DNA of 64,000 nucleotides, taken from assembly GCA_016784145.1 (NCBI GenBank), contig JADHVF010000002.1:9102-73101 (forward strand), given 5' to 3'. The notes under the pieces were generated by a model. It worked only from the letters and a program-made list of their open reading frames with translations, searched no databases and was not told the origin of the DNA. The stretch's first letter is position 1. Every line of letters begins with the position of its first letter. A program made the position numbers and the translations under genes. This DNA is from Patescibacteria group bacterium (GTDB lineage Bacteria > Patescibacteriota > Patescibacteriia > UBA2591 > UBA6264). Below are positions 53,711 to 64,000 of the stretch, piece after piece.

Positions 53711-56605
53711 ATGTCTAAAATAAATTTTATTAAAATTGAAGAAAAAATTTTAGATTTTTGGAAACAAAAGAAAATTTTTACTAAATTAAGAAAAAAAAAT
53801 GCAGGTGGAAAGGCATGGTCTTTTTTAGATGGGCCTATTACAGCCAATAATCCAATGGGAGTTCATCATGCTTGGGGAAGAACATATAAAGATATTTTTC
53901 AGCGATATAAAGCAATGAATGGCTATGACCAAAGATATCAAAATGGATTTGATTGTCAGGGTCTTTGGGTTGAGGTAGAGGTAGAGAAAGACAAGGGCTT
54001 TAAAACAAAAAAAGATATTGAAACATACGGGATTGAAAAGTTTGTTAATGATTGCAAGCAGAGGGTTACAAAATATTCAGACATCCAAACACAACAATCT
54101 ATTCGCCTTGGTCAATGGATGGATTGGGATAATTCTTATTATACAATGTCTGACGAGAATAATTATGCAATTTGGAACTTTTTAAAGAAATGTAAAGACA
54201 AACAAATATTATATAAAGGAAAAGATGTTGTTCCTTGGTGTATAAGATGCGGCACAGCCATTTCGCAGCATGAAATTTTAACAGAGGAATACAAGGAAGT
54301 GTCTCATAAGTCAATCTTTTTTAAACTGCCAATTAAAGGAAGTCCAAATACATTTTTTATGGCTTGGACAACAACTCCTTGGACTTTGCCTGCTAATGTG
54401 GCTCTGGCTGTTCACCCAGAATTAAATTATGTAAAAATCCAAGACAGGAAAGACAATAATATTTATGTTTTACTTGAAAGCAAATCAGAATTAGTTGTAA
54501 ATGGAAAAATAATTGATAAATTTGTTGGTGAAAAGTTAATAGGAATGGAATACGAGGGAATGTTTGATAACATGAAAGAGCCTAGCCAACAATTAAAGTC
54601 ATATAAGCATTCAGTTATTTCATGGGATGAAGTGACAGAAGAAGAAGGGACGGGGATTGTTCATATTGCTCCTGGTTGCGGACAAGAGGATTTTCAACTC
54701 AGCAAGGAGTTTAATATTCCGGTTATTGACCCAACCAATAAGCAAGGAAAATATAAACAAGGATTTGATTTTTTAACAGATAGATTTGTGACAGAAGTTA
54801 ATGAGGTCATTTTTGACGATTTAACCAAAAGAGGGTTTGTTTTTGATATCAAGGATTATCAGCATCGTTATCCTACTTGTTGGAGATGTAAGTCAGAGCT
54901 TATTTTTAGATTAGTTGATGAATGGTATATTTCAATGAAGAAGTTAAGAAAGCCGTTAGCAAAAGCTGTTAAAAAAATAAAATGGTTGCCAAAATACGGA
55001 CTAGATAGAGAGTTGGATTGGCTTAAAAATATGAGTGACTGGTTAATTTCAAAAAAACGATATTGGGGATTAGCATTGCCTATATATGAATGTACTAAAT
55101 GTAAAAAATTTGAAGTAATTGGGTCCAAACAAGAATTACAGGACAGAGCGATAGAAGGCTGGGTTGATTTTAGTGGACATTCTCCTCATCGTCCTTGGGT
55201 TGATAAAGTGAAAATAAAATGTTCAAAGTGTGATAATAAAATTTCAAGAATATTAGATGTTGGCAATCCTTGGCTTGATGCAGGCATTGTTCCATTTTCA
55301 ACTATTAAATATTATTCAGATAAAAAATACTGGGAAAAATGGTTCCCCCCTCATCTTGTTTGTGAATCATTTCCAGGTCAGTTTAAAAATTGGTTTTACT
55401 CTTTAATTGTAATGAGCGTTGTCTTAGAGGATTGTCCACCAGTAGAGACAATTTTTGGATATGCATTAGTAAAAGATGAACACGGAGAAGAGATGCATAA
55501 ATCAGCAGGAAATGCAATTTGGTTTGATGATGCGGTTACTAAAACAGGAGTTGATGCAATGAGGTGGCTTTATTTTAGCTCCAATCCTTTTAATAATCTT
55601 TATTTTGGGTTTAATAATATTCAAAAATCACAAAATAAACTTTTAGTACTTTGGAATATTTTTGTTTTTTATAAAACTCATGGGAGTAAAATTATTAAAG
55701 CACAACCAATGGGTAATGTTTTAGATAAATGGATTATTTCAAAGTTAAATAATTTAATTTTAAAAACAACTTCAGGATTAGATGAATATAATACATCTTT
55801 TGTGGCCGAAGAAATAGCCAAGTTTTTAATAAAAGATTTTTCAAGATGGTATTTAAGGATGTCAAGAAATAGATTTAGAGATTTATCTAATCAAGCCGAC
55901 AATCAGCAGGCGAATTATACATTATATTTTGTGCTTCTTAATCTTATTAAATTATTAGCTCCCATAACTCCTTTTTTGGCTGAGGAAATTTATTTATCAA
56001 TCAAGCAAGACAATGATGTTGAATCTGTTCATTTGTTTAGTTGGCCAAAAGCAGACCAGCAAGCAATTAGCAAAGACATGGAAGATAAAATGAGTTTGGT
56101 TCGGGAAATTTGCGAGATTGGTCATAGCATTAGAGTTAAGGCAGGCATTAAAGTCAGACAACCATTAAGTTGTGTGGCCATTAAATCAAGCAAAATGACA
56201 GCAGAGCTAGAAAATTTAATTAAAAAAGAATTAAATGTTAAAAAAGTTGATTGGGTTAAGAAAATTCCCAAGTCAAAGGATTGGGTTATGGTTGATGATA
56301 GCGATATATTGATGGCTTTAAACATAAAATTAACAGCAGAGCTAGAAGAAGAAGGGATTATAAGAGAGGTTGTTAGACAGGTTAATTCTTTGCGTAAAAA
56401 AAATAAATTAACAATCAATGACACTATAGAAATTTATTACGAGACAACAAGTCAGAGAATAAAAGAAGTAATAAAGAAAAACTTAGGCACATTAAAGAAG
56501 AATACAATTAGTTCATCTATTTTAGATAGAAAAATAAGTAATGATTTTTCCCAAAAGCAAATAAAAATAAACAATCAAGTAGTTGTGTTAGCAATAAATG
56601 TTTAA
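53711..56605 (+). CDS. ileS: Isoleucyl-tRNA synthetase (class I aaRS with CP1 editing domain)
   Basis: PMGVHHAWGRT fills the HIGH-region position. GFDCQGLWVE matches IleS GWDCHGLP. WTTTPWTLPAN is the editing-domain signature. There is a KMSKS-like EMHKSAGN and Cys-cluster zinc knuckles. leuS is already present elsewhere in the window. Confidence 0.75.
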   Translation: MSKINFIKIEEKILDFWKQKKIFTKLRKKNAGGKAWSFLDGPITANNPMGVHHAWGRTYKDIFQRYKAMNGYDQRYQNGFDCQGLWVEVEVEKDKGFKTKKDIETYGIEKFVNDCKQRVTKYSDIQTQQSIRLGQWMDWDNSYYTMSDENNYAIWNFLKKCKDKQILYKGKDVVPWCIRCGTAISQHEILTEEYKEVSHKSIFFKLPIKGSPNTFFMAWTTTPWTLPANVALAVHPELNYVKIQDRKDNNIYVLLESKSELVVNGKIIDKFVGEKLIGMEYEGMFDNMKEPSQQLKSYKHSVISWDEVTEEEGTGIVHIAPGCGQEDFQLSKEFNIPVIDPTNKQGKYKQGFDFLTDRFVTEVNEVIFDDLTKRGFVFDIKDYQHRYPTCWRCKSELIFRLVDEWYISMKKLRKPLAKAVKKIKWLPKYGLDRELDWLKNMSDWLISKKRYWGLALPIYECTKCKKFEVIGSKQELQDRAIEGWVDFSGHSPHRPWVDKVKIKCSKCDNKISRILDVGNPWLDAGIVPFSTIKYYSDKKYWEKWFPPHLVCESFPGQFKNWFYSLIVMSVVLEDCPPVETIFGYALVKDEHGEEMHKSAGNAIWFDDAVTKTGVDAMRWLYFSSNPFNNLYFGFNNIQKSQNKLLVLWNIFVFYKTHGSKIIKAQPMGNVLDKWIISKLNNLILKTTSGLDEYNTSFVAEEIAKFLIKDFSRWYLRMSRNRFRDLSNQADNQQANYTLYFVLLNLIKLLAPITPFLAEEIYLSIKQDNDVESVHLFSWPKADQQAISKDMEDKMSLVREICEIGHSIRVKAGIKVRQPLSCVAIKSSKMTAELENLIKKELNVKKVDWVKKIPKSKDWVMVDDSDILMALNIKLTAELEEEGIIREVVRQVNSLRKKNKLTINDTIEIYYETTSQRIKEVIKKNLGTLKKNTISSSILDRKISNDFSQKQIKINNQVVVLAINV

Positions 56606-57710
56606 TTTATTATTAAAATCTAATAAATCAAAGGCAAGAATTGGCAAACTAATAACAGCTCATGGTTCAATAGATAGCCCATTTTTTATGCCGATTGCTA
56701 CCAAAGGAGCTGTTAAAGGATTGTCTCCCGAGGACATTAAATTGCTTGGGGCTCAAATAATACTCTCAAACACATATCATTTATTTTTAAGACCTGGTTT
56801 GGCAGTAATAAGTAGCCATAAAGGACTACACAAGTTTATTAACTGGAACAAACCTATTTTAACTGATAGTGGTGGCTATCAAGTTTTTTCTTTGTCTAAA
56901 AAAAGAATAGTTAAAAATAATGGAGTAGAATTTCTATCAGAGATAGATGGTCAAAAGATTTTGTTAACACCTGCTAAGGCAGTTAAAATTCAGAAAGTTT
57001 TGGGTTCTGATATTGTTATGGTTTTTGATGAGTGTGTATCATATCCAAGTAATTACGAACAAGCAGATAAGGCAATTAAAAGAACGACTAGATGGGCGAA
57101 ACAATGTAAGCAAGAATTTTTAAAAAATAATCAAGACAATAAACAGTTGCTTTTTGGTATTGTGCAAGGTTCTATATATAAAGACTTAAGAATAGCGAGC
57201 GCTCGACAACTTATGGAGATAGGGTTTGATGGGTATGCGATTGGCGGACTTACATTAGGAGAACCAATCAATCAAACTTATGAAATGATTAATTTAGTGG
57301 AGCAAGTTTTAGATGAACAAAAACCGAGATATTTAATGGGAGCTGGTAAGCCAGAGCAAATCTTTAAAGCAGTTATGCTAGGGATTGATATGTTTGATTG
57401 TGTTATCCCTTCTAGAAATGCCAGACACGGACTTTTGTATGCTCAAATATCTGAACAAATCAAACCAAGTTTTAATAAAAAATCTTACAAAGAAATAAGA
57501 ATACTTAATTCAAAATATAAAAATAATACTCAACCAATATCTAAGTATTGTAAATGTTATACTTGTCAAAATTATTCATTGAGTTACTTAAGGCATTTGT
57601 TTGTCACTAAAGAAGCTTTTGGGCAAAGATTGGCAGTAATTCACAATTTGTTTTTTTACATTAATTTAATGAAAAACATAAGACAATTAATAAAAAATGG
57701 GGACATTTAG
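56598..57710 (+). CDS. tgt: Queuine tRNA-ribosyltransferase
   Basis: …DSPFFMPIATKGAVKGLSPEDIK…NTYHL… is the canonical TGT N-terminus. The C-terminal Zn site is CKCYTCQNYSLSYLRHL. Confidence 0.9.
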   Translation: MFNLLLKSNKSKARIGKLITAHGSIDSPFFMPIATKGAVKGLSPEDIKLLGAQIILSNTYHLFLRPGLAVISSHKGLHKFINWNKPILTDSGGYQVFSLSKKRIVKNNGVEFLSEIDGQKILLTPAKAVKIQKVLGSDIVMVFDECVSYPSNYEQADKAIKRTTRWAKQCKQEFLKNNQDNKQLLFGIVQGSIYKDLRIASARQLMEIGFDGYAIGGLTLGEPINQTYEMINLVEQVLDEQKPRYLMGAGKPEQIFKAVMLGIDMFDCVIPSRNARHGLLYAQISEQIKPSFNKKSYKEIRILNSKYKNNTQPISKYCKCYTCQNYSLSYLRHLFVTKEAFGQRLAVIHNLFFYINLMKNIRQLIKNGDI

Positions 57711-57756
57711 CATCTCTTGACACAAGGGATTTAAATTTATATACTTGTTATAATGA

Positions 57757-57828
57757 GCCGCCATCGTCTAGTGGTTAGGACACCAGGTTTTCATTCTGGC
57801 AACAGGGGTTCGATTCCCCTTGGCGGTG
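57757..57828 (+). tRNA. tRNA-Glu (anticodon TTC)
   Basis: GCCGCCA-TC-GTC-TAGTGGTTAG-GAC-A-CCAGG-TTTTCAT-TCTGG-CAAC-AGGGG-TTCGATT-CCCCT-TGGCGGT-G. It aligns position by position with E. coli tRNA-Glu. Confidence 0.8.
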
Positions 57829-57857
57829 CTTAATTAATAATAAATAATAAAAGAATT

Positions 57858-58088
57858 ATGAAAATTAACGTTTATTCTACTGAAACTTGCGGGTTTTGTA
57901 TTCAGCTTAAAAATTTTTTAGAAGAAAATAATATTGAATTCAATGAATTCAATGTAGGTAGTGATCAATCAGCAGCTAAAAAAATGATTGAAGCCACCGG
58001 GCAAATGGGAGTGCCAGTAACTGAAATTGACGGAGAATTTATAGTTGGATTTGATGTTAATAGATTGAAGGAAAAGCTTAATCTTTAA
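57858..58088 (+). CDS. Glutaredoxin/NrdH-like small redoxin
   Basis: 76 aa. An STETCGFC (CxxC) motif near the N-terminus in a thioredoxin-fold-sized protein. Confidence 0.7.
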   Translation: MKINVYSTETCGFCIQLKNFLEENNIEFNEFNVGSDQSAAKKMIEATGQMGVPVTEIDGEFIVGFDVNRLKEKLNL

Positions 58089-58104
58089 TTTTTTTAATAA
58101 TTAT

Positions 58105-58779
58105 ATGAATAGACTTGTTAAAGTAAAAAAAAATCTTCAGATATTAGAGTTTATTAGGCAGAGCGCGAAAAGCATGAGTGCAATTGGATACACTGAACAT
58201 GGATTAAGACATGCAGAGCTTGTATCTAAGAGAGCTGGTTGGTTGGCAAAACAAGTTGGGTTAGACAAAAATAAACAGGAGTTAGCTTCTATTGTTGGAT
58301 TTTGTCATGATGCAGGTAATTTTATGGGAAGAACTCAACATCATTATTGGGGAGCTGTTTTATTTCATCAAGTTTTTTCTAATAATGATGATTGCATTTT
58401 TTCTGCCAAAGAAATTACATCTATTGTTCAAGCAGTTGTAAATCATGATAAATATACAATGAAATTAACCAATGGAATATCAGCCATAGTTGTTTTGGCA
58501 GATAAGTCAGACACTAGTCGTTCAAGAGTAGAAGCAAAATCAATCAAAGAAATAACCAAAGATATTCATAATAGGGTAAATTATGCGGTTACAGATTCAA
58601 AATTAATTGTTGATAAGCAAAAAAATATAATTTCATTATCTTTAAAAATAGACACAAAATTTGTTTCAATCATGGAATATTTTGAAATTTTTACAGATAG
58701 AATGTCATATTGTAGAAAAGCAGCCGAATGTCTTGGGTATAAATTTGGATTGATTATTAATGATTTTAAATTATCATGA
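58105..58779 (+). CDS. HD-domain phosphohydrolase
   Basis: H…HD signature: HGLRHAELV … GFCHDAGN … VNHDKY. Confidence 0.65.
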   Translation: MNRLVKVKKNLQILEFIRQSAKSMSAIGYTEHGLRHAELVSKRAGWLAKQVGLDKNKQELASIVGFCHDAGNFMGRTQHHYWGAVLFHQVFSNNDDCIFSAKEITSIVQAVVNHDKYTMKLTNGISAIVVLADKSDTSRSRVEAKSIKEITKDIHNRVNYAVTDSKLIVDKQKNIISLSLKIDTKFVSIMEYFEIFTDRMSYCRKAAECLGYKFGLIINDFKLS

Positions 58780-59084
58780 ATAACAGGACAATAAAGATAA
58801 ACGAACTGATTAAAAGAGAATTATCAGGTATTATTTTGAAGCAGATAAATATTCCACTAGGTTCCTTTGTTACAATAACAAAAGTTGAGACAGCTGCGGA
58901 TTTAGTAAAGACAAAAATATGGATAAGCATTTTCCCGGATGAATATAATGAAGAAATTTTAAAGATTTTTAATAAAAACGCTGGCAAACTTCAAGATATT
59001 TTAAATAAGCGTTTATCAATGAAATGGGTTCCAAGGATTAAATTTTTTGTTGATTTAACAAATATAAATATTGATAAGAAATAA
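58776..59084 (+). CDS. rbfA: Ribosome-binding factor A
   Basis: 102 aa. …RTIKINELIKRELSGIIL… (KH-like fold signature of RbfA). The start overlaps the upstream stop (ATGA). Confidence 0.75.
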   Translation: MNNRTIKINELIKRELSGIILKQINIPLGSFVTITKVETAADLVKTKIWISIFPDEYNEEILKIFNKNAGKLQDILNKRLSMKWVPRIKFFVDLTNINIDKK

Positions 59085-59094
59085 AATATAAATA

Positions 59095-60420
59095 ATGGAA
59101 AATTTAATGGAAAAAATAATTTCATTAGCCAAGCAAAGAGGTTTTGTTTATAAATCTTCAGAGATTTATGGTGGAGCTTATTCTTTTTATGATTATGGAC
59201 CTCTGGGAGTAGAATTAAAAAATAATATTAAAAAACAATGGTGGAAAAATGTAGTTTATCAAAGACAAGATGTTGTTGGGCTTGATAGTTCAATTTTAAG
59301 TCCTAGAATAGTTTGGGAAGCATCAGGTCACTTGCAAGGATTTGCTGATTTATTGGTTGAGTGCAAGCAATGCCATCATCGTTTTAAAGAAGATGAGCTA
59401 AATAAAAATCAATGTCCTGATTGCGCAGGCGATTTAACTAGTCCAAAGCAGTTTAACTTATTAATGAAAACGAATTTGGGAGTTGTTAAAGACAAGCAGG
59501 AAGAATATTATTTAAGAGGAGAAACTTGCCAAGGTATTTATTTAAATTATTTAAATGTAAAAGATTCTTTACGTAAAAAGCTTCCTTTTGGAATTGCACA
59601 AATTGGTAAAGCTTTCCGTAATGAAATTACTCCTAAAAATTTTATTTTTAGAACAAGAGAATTTGAACAAATGGAAATGCAATATTTTGTTAACCCTGAT
59701 GAAGCAAACAAGCATTATGATGAATGGAAACAAGTAACCATGGATTGGTATAAACAGTATATTGTTAATTCAGAGAATTTAAGGTGGAGAGAACATACTA
59801 AGAATGAATTAGCTCATTATGCCAAGCAAGCATGGGACATTGAATATAAAACACCATTTGGCGGATGGAAAGAGTTTGCAGGTGTTCATAATAGAGGAGA
59901 TTGGGATTTATCAAGACATCAAGAATACAGTCAGATTAAGATGGAATATAGAGATGAAGTCACAAATCAAAAGTTTACTCCATGGGTAGTAGAGGTCTCA
60001 ATAGGGGTGGATAGAGCTTTTTTAATGTTTTTGCTTGATGCTTATGATGAAGTTGATGGAGGGAGGACAACTACAACCAAGTCAATCAAAGCTAAAGAAG
60101 TTGTTTTGCGTCTTGATAAAAGGTTGGCTCCAATTAAGGCAGGTATTTTGCCATTAGCAAAAAAACCAGAATTGATTAAAATAGCTAATCAAATATATGA
60201 TGAATTATCTCGCCAATGGATGTGCGAATATGATCAAACAGGGTCTATTGGCAAAAGATATCGTAGGCAAGACGAAATAGGCACGCCATATTCAATAACC
60301 ATTGATTTTGACACCATAAAAGACAAGCAAGTGACCATAAGAGATAGAGATACAATGAAGCAAGAAAGAATTTTAATTAATGCTTTGCCAGATTATATTA
60401 GAGAAGGAATTCGCGATTGA
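59095..60420 (+). CDS. glyQS: Glycyl-tRNA synthetase, class II alpha2-type
   Basis: …KRGFVYKSSEIYGGAYSFYDYGPLGVELKNNIKKQWW… is the hallmark GlyRS N-terminus. Class II motifs 2 and 3 (…FRNE…; …GVDRAFL…) are present. Confidence 0.85.
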   Translation: MENLMEKIISLAKQRGFVYKSSEIYGGAYSFYDYGPLGVELKNNIKKQWWKNVVYQRQDVVGLDSSILSPRIVWEASGHLQGFADLLVECKQCHHRFKEDELNKNQCPDCAGDLTSPKQFNLLMKTNLGVVKDKQEEYYLRGETCQGIYLNYLNVKDSLRKKLPFGIAQIGKAFRNEITPKNFIFRTREFEQMEMQYFVNPDEANKHYDEWKQVTMDWYKQYIVNSENLRWREHTKNELAHYAKQAWDIEYKTPFGGWKEFAGVHNRGDWDLSRHQEYSQIKMEYRDEVTNQKFTPWVVEVSIGVDRAFLMFLLDAYDEVDGGRTTTTKSIKAKEVVLRLDKRLAPIKAGILPLAKKPELIKIANQIYDELSRQWMCEYDQTGSIGKRYRRQDEIGTPYSITIDFDTIKDKQVTIRDRDTMKQERILINALPDYIREGIRD

Positions 60421-60423
60421 TTA

Positions 60424-61719
60424 TTGATTAATATATTTATGTACACAAGAACAAAATTTAAAAATGGACTTAATCTGATTACAGTGCCATCAACCAGCGC
60501 TAAAACAATAACAGTTTTAGCGTTATTTGGAGTTGGCTCTCGTTATGAAAGAGTTCAACAAAATGGAATGTCTCACTTTGTTGAGCATATGATGTTTAAG
60601 GGAACAAATAAAAGAAAAGACAATTTAACAATTGCTAGTGAGTTAGATGGCCTTGGGGCTGAGTACAATGCTTTTACAAGTACAGATTATACAGGTTATT
60701 ACATTAAATCAATTAAGCAGAACGTTCATACTTGTTTTGATGTTTTATCTGACATGCTTTTTAATTCAGTTTTTGACAAAAATGAGATTACTAAAGAAAA
60801 GGGAGTAATCTTGGAAGAAATAAAAATTTATAAAGAAAATCCAATGTTTTATATTGGAGATGTGTTTCAGGAAGTTCTTTATGGCAAACACCCTCTTGGC
60901 AGAAACATTGTTGGGCCACCAGCAACAGTTAAATCTTTTACTAGACAAGGATTAATGAATTATAAAAATAAATTTTATAATCACAATAAAATGATTTTAG
61001 CTGTGGCAGGGAATATAAGCAAACAAGAGGTTATTAATTTAACAGACAAATATTTTAATATATATAAAACAAGTAAACGAGCAACAAATTATACTAGTTT
61101 TAAGGTTCCAGCTAACATAAAATCAAATAGAGTCAAAGTTGTTTTTAATAACCTAAAGCAAACCCAAATTGCTTTAGGAGGATTTGCCTATCCATATAAT
61201 CATGTTAATATTGATGCTTTAAAAATTTTATCAATAATTCTGGGAGGAAACATGAGTTCTCGTCTTTTTTCAGAAGTTAGAGTAAAGAGAGGGTTAGCAT
61301 ATTATATTAAGTTCCATCTTGATGTCCATCAAGATGTTGGGGGATATTCAATAATAACAGGAGTTGATAAAAGCAAAACAAGACAAGCAATTAAAGTGAT
61401 TTTGGCAGAAATAAATAAGCTAAAACAGAATGGCATCACTAAACAAGAATTAGTAAAAGCAAAAAAATATTTTATTGGAATGACAGGAATTTCTTTGGAA
61501 GATTCTGCTAGTTTGGCAAGTTGGTATGCAAGGCAGCTTTTATTAAAAAATGAAGTTATTTCTGTTTCAGAACAAATAAGCAGGATTAAAAGGGTTAGTC
61601 GGGCAGATGTTCAAAAAGCTATAAATTATCTTATGACCACCCAAGGGATTAAAATGGGTGTAATAGGACCATTTAAGAATAATAATTCTTTGTTGCAAAT
61701 ATTAAAAAGAGGGGTATAA
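60424..61719 (+). CDS. Peptidase M16 (insulinase/pitrilysin) family zinc protease
   Basis: Inverted zinc motif HFVEHMMFKGT (HxxEH). Length is 431 aa. Confidence 0.8.
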   Translation: MINIFMYTRTKFKNGLNLITVPSTSAKTITVLALFGVGSRYERVQQNGMSHFVEHMMFKGTNKRKDNLTIASELDGLGAEYNAFTSTDYTGYYIKSIKQNVHTCFDVLSDMLFNSVFDKNEITKEKGVILEEIKIYKENPMFYIGDVFQEVLYGKHPLGRNIVGPPATVKSFTRQGLMNYKNKFYNHNKMILAVAGNISKQEVINLTDKYFNIYKTSKRATNYTSFKVPANIKSNRVKVVFNNLKQTQIALGGFAYPYNHVNIDALKILSIILGGNMSSRLFSEVRVKRGLAYYIKFHLDVHQDVGGYSIITGVDKSKTRQAIKVILAEINKLKQNGITKQELVKAKKYFIGMTGISLEDSASLASWYARQLLLKNEVISVSEQISRIKRVSRADVQKAINYLMTTQGIKMGVIGPFKNNNSLLQILKRGV

Positions 61720-61752
61720 TAAAGATAAGCATAACTTTTAAATTAAATAATT

Positions 61753-62772
61753 ATGTCTAATGAAAAACAAACAACTTTAATTAAGATAGATGTTTGGTCT
61801 ATCCTCAAAATAGCCATAATTCTTCTAATAGCAGTGTTTTTATATTTTATAAGAGATATTCTTTTTATTATTTTTATTGCTGGCCTTCTGGCAACCATAA
61901 TTTCTCCAATGATTGCTTTTTTTGAACGAAAAAAAATCCCTCGTTTTTTAGGAACATTATTTGTTTATATTGGCGTTTTTATGATTTTAGCTTTGGTGGG
62001 AGTTACGGTTGTTCCAACCGTAATAAGCCAGGGCAAAGTTTTATCAGAGCAACTGCCAGAACTTCTAAGTTCAATCTTGAGTAAAATTCAACCAGAATCA
62101 CAAGCACAATTTGCAGACATAGTAGATAAGTGGTTTGCTAAGTCAAGCCTTGATGCAATGTCTATTTTTTCAGTGTTAGGAACAGTGGCTGGGCAAGTAT
62201 TGTCGTTTGTAATGATTTTTGTATTAGCGTTTTATTTGTCAATTAGAAAAAAAGGAGTTGAAACAGCTGCTAATTTGTTAATTCCAGATAAATATCAAAA
62301 ATTCTTTAAAAATTTTATTAATTCAGTCCAAAAAGAAATTGGAGCATGGGCAAGAGGGCTGGCAATGCTTTGCCTTTTTGTTGGAATAATGGTCTATGTT
62401 GGCCTGACTATATTGGGAGTAAAATATGCACTAACATTGGCTGTTATAGCTGCACTGGTGGAGATTATACCATATATTGGTCCTTGGATTGGCTTATTAA
62501 TAGCAATAATAATTACATTGGCACAATCTCCGGCCTTGGTTTTATTTGTTGTTGGTCTTTATTTAATTATTCAGCAAATTGAAAATATTTTAATTTCTCC
62601 ATATATAATGCATAAAGCGGTTGGATTAGACCCGCTAATTATAATTTTAGCATTAATGGTTGGTGGAAAGTTGGCTGGTCCAATTGGTATGATTGTTGCC
62701 GTACCTTGTGCTACAATTTTCTCAATTTTATTGAGGTATTACATAGAACATAAGCAAAAATTAATTGAGTAA
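61753..62772 (+). CDS. AI-2E (PerM/YhhT) family transporter
   Basis: 339 aa with 7-8 TM helices. The conserved …PYIGPWIG… block is typical of AI-2E permeases. Confidence 0.7.
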   Translation: MSNEKQTTLIKIDVWSILKIAIILLIAVFLYFIRDILFIIFIAGLLATIISPMIAFFERKKIPRFLGTLFVYIGVFMILALVGVTVVPTVISQGKVLSEQLPELLSSILSKIQPESQAQFADIVDKWFAKSSLDAMSIFSVLGTVAGQVLSFVMIFVLAFYLSIRKKGVETAANLLIPDKYQKFFKNFINSVQKEIGAWARGLAMLCLFVGIMVYVGLTILGVKYALTLAVIAALVEIIPYIGPWIGLLIAIIITLAQSPALVLFVVGLYLIIQQIENILISPYIMHKAVGLDPLIIILALMVGGKLAGPIGMIVAVPCATIFSILLRYYIEHKQKLIE

Positions 62773-62793
62773 TATTTTTTATATTTAATAATA

Positions 62794-63798
62794 ATGTTTG
62801 GAAAAAAAATAGGAATTGACTTAGGGACAACTAATATTTTGGTTTATCTTCCTGATAAAGGGATAGTTACTAATGAACCATCAGTGATTGCTGTGTCGAC
62901 CATTGACAAGAGCATTTTAGCAGTAGGGGACGAGGCTAAAGAAATGATAGGGCGAACACCAGATACAATAATAGCTAAAAGGCCATTGAAAGATGGGGTT
63001 ATTGCTGATTATAAAGCAACTGAAGCAATGATGAAATACTTTATAGGGAAAGTCATTGGGAAAATAAATTTATTTAAACCAGAAGTCATGGTAGCTGTGC
63101 CCGGGGGGATTACTTCGACCGAGAGAAGAGCTGTTATTGATGCTACTATGAAATCAGGGGCAAAGGCATCTTATATCATAAAAGAACCTATTGCAGCGGC
63201 GATTGGCTCTGCTATTCCAATTGGCTCTGCTTCAGGGCATATGATAATTGATATTGGTGGAGGAACAACAGAAGTAGCAGTTATTTCTTTGGGAGGAATT
63301 GTTAGCTCTACGTCAGTTAGGGTGGCTGGAAATAAATTTGATTCAGCTATTGCTAATTTTATAAAGAAAAAATATAATTTAGCGATTGGAGAGAGAACTT
63401 CTGAGGGGATTAAAATTAAAATTGGGTCAGCTTTGTCGTTAGATAAAAAAATAAAAATGGATATTAAGGGGAGGGACTTGATTCGTGGATTGCCTAGAAT
63501 ACTAACAATTGATTCAGACGATGTAACAGAAGCAATTCAAGATGAATTAAAAGATATTGTATCAGCAGTAAAATCAGTTTTTCATGAAACCCCACCAGAG
63601 CTTTCAGCAGATGTAATTGAAAAAGGAATGATATTGTCAGGAGGGAGCTCTCTTTTGAGAAATTTAGACAAACTGCTTACTAAAGCAATTGGTGTGCCAG
63701 CTTATGTAGCAGATGAGCCTCTTTTATCTGTTGCAAAAGGAACAGGGCTTGCTCTTGATAATCTTGAATCATATAAAAGAAGTCTTTTGTCTACGTAA
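62794..63798 (+). CDS. mreB: Rod-shape-determining actin homolog MreB
   Basis: IGIDLGTTNILVY…NEPSVIAV (phosphate-1 motif); DIGGGTTEVAVIS (phosphate-2). Confidence 0.9.
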   Translation: MFGKKIGIDLGTTNILVYLPDKGIVTNEPSVIAVSTIDKSILAVGDEAKEMIGRTPDTIIAKRPLKDGVIADYKATEAMMKYFIGKVIGKINLFKPEVMVAVPGGITSTERRAVIDATMKSGAKASYIIKEPIAAAIGSAIPIGSASGHMIIDIGGGTTEVAVISLGGIVSSTSVRVAGNKFDSAIANFIKKKYNLAIGERTSEGIKIKIGSALSLDKKIKMDIKGRDLIRGLPRILTIDSDDVTEAIQDELKDIVSAVKSVFHETPPELSADVIEKGMILSGGSSLLRNLDKLLTKAIGVPAYVADEPLLSVAKGTGLALDNLESYKRSLLST

Positions 63799-63810
63799 TA
63801 TTTTTTTATT

Positions 63811-64000
63811 ATGCATATATTAGAAGACTTAAAGTCTAGAGGATTAATATATCAAACAACTAATTATGATGGGCTTTATAAAAAATTAAAGAGCCCTCCT
63901 GTTTTTTTATATGTAGGATTTGACCCAACTGCTGACAGTCTTCATATTGGAAATCTTCTTCAAATAATCACCTTGATTAGATTCAGTAAAGCAGGTCATT
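63811..64000 (+). CDS. tyrS: Tyrosyl-tRNA synthetase (5' partial, runs off the window)
   Basis: …FLYVGFDPTADSLHIGNL… is the TyrS HIGH-region (HIGN variant). Confidence 0.8.
   Translation, partial: MHILEDLKSRGLIYQTTNYDGLYKKLKSPPVFLYVGFDPTADSLHIGNLLQIITLIRFSKAGH

Noticed and set aside
57746-57754. Extended -10 (TGTTATAAT) as the promoter of tRNA-Glu
   Set aside because: The hexamer ends only 2 nt before the mature tRNA 5' end, so a transcript started from it would begin inside the tRNA. More likely the tRNA is co-transcribed with tgt or uses a promoter further upstream.

Overview
The window is AT-rich, gene-dense and compact, consistent with an ultra-small CPR/Patescibacteria-like bacterium using the standard genetic code (TGA serves as a stop, e.g. 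the infC stop at 44574-44576).

The main content is:
- Housekeeping genes: leuS, ileS-like, glyQS-type glycyl-tRNA synthetase, the start of tyrS, fusA, rpsL-rpsG, infC-rpmI-rplT, rpmB, smpB, ruvC, recG, ndk, tgt, rbfA, mreB and rsmA.
- Five tRNAs (Ser-GCT, Ser-TGA, Arg, Asp, Glu) and a tmRNA (ssrA) that I found by hand in a 545-bp 'empty' spacer.
- An alpha-glucan cluster: glgA, two tandem GH57-like paralogs, an APH-fold kinase and a PHP phosphoesterase.
- A long co-directional block (13979-36219, all + strand) that looks like a type IV secretion system (T4SS)-like apparatus. It has a VirB6/TrbL-like polytopic membrane protein with a huge charged tail, a PrgI/VirB3-like small membrane protein, a VirB4/TraC-family ATPase possibly split from its N-terminal domain, a VirB2/TrbC-like pilin with a 330-aa Cys-rich extension, small bitopic membrane proteins and a TolB-like beta-propeller. 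Immediately upstream is a 3247-aa secreted Cys-rich giant protein carrying several CBM4_9-like jelly-roll modules. No VirD4, relaxase or VirB11 is visible in the window. This is the most interesting candidate system.
- Two unusual repeat families. One is a GC-rich perfect hairpin, CTTAG(R)GGC-CTT-GCCCCTAAG, with 11 copies at three loci, including three in-frame copies inside a CDS. The other is a (TGATTAY)n heptamer microsatellite at five intergenic loci.
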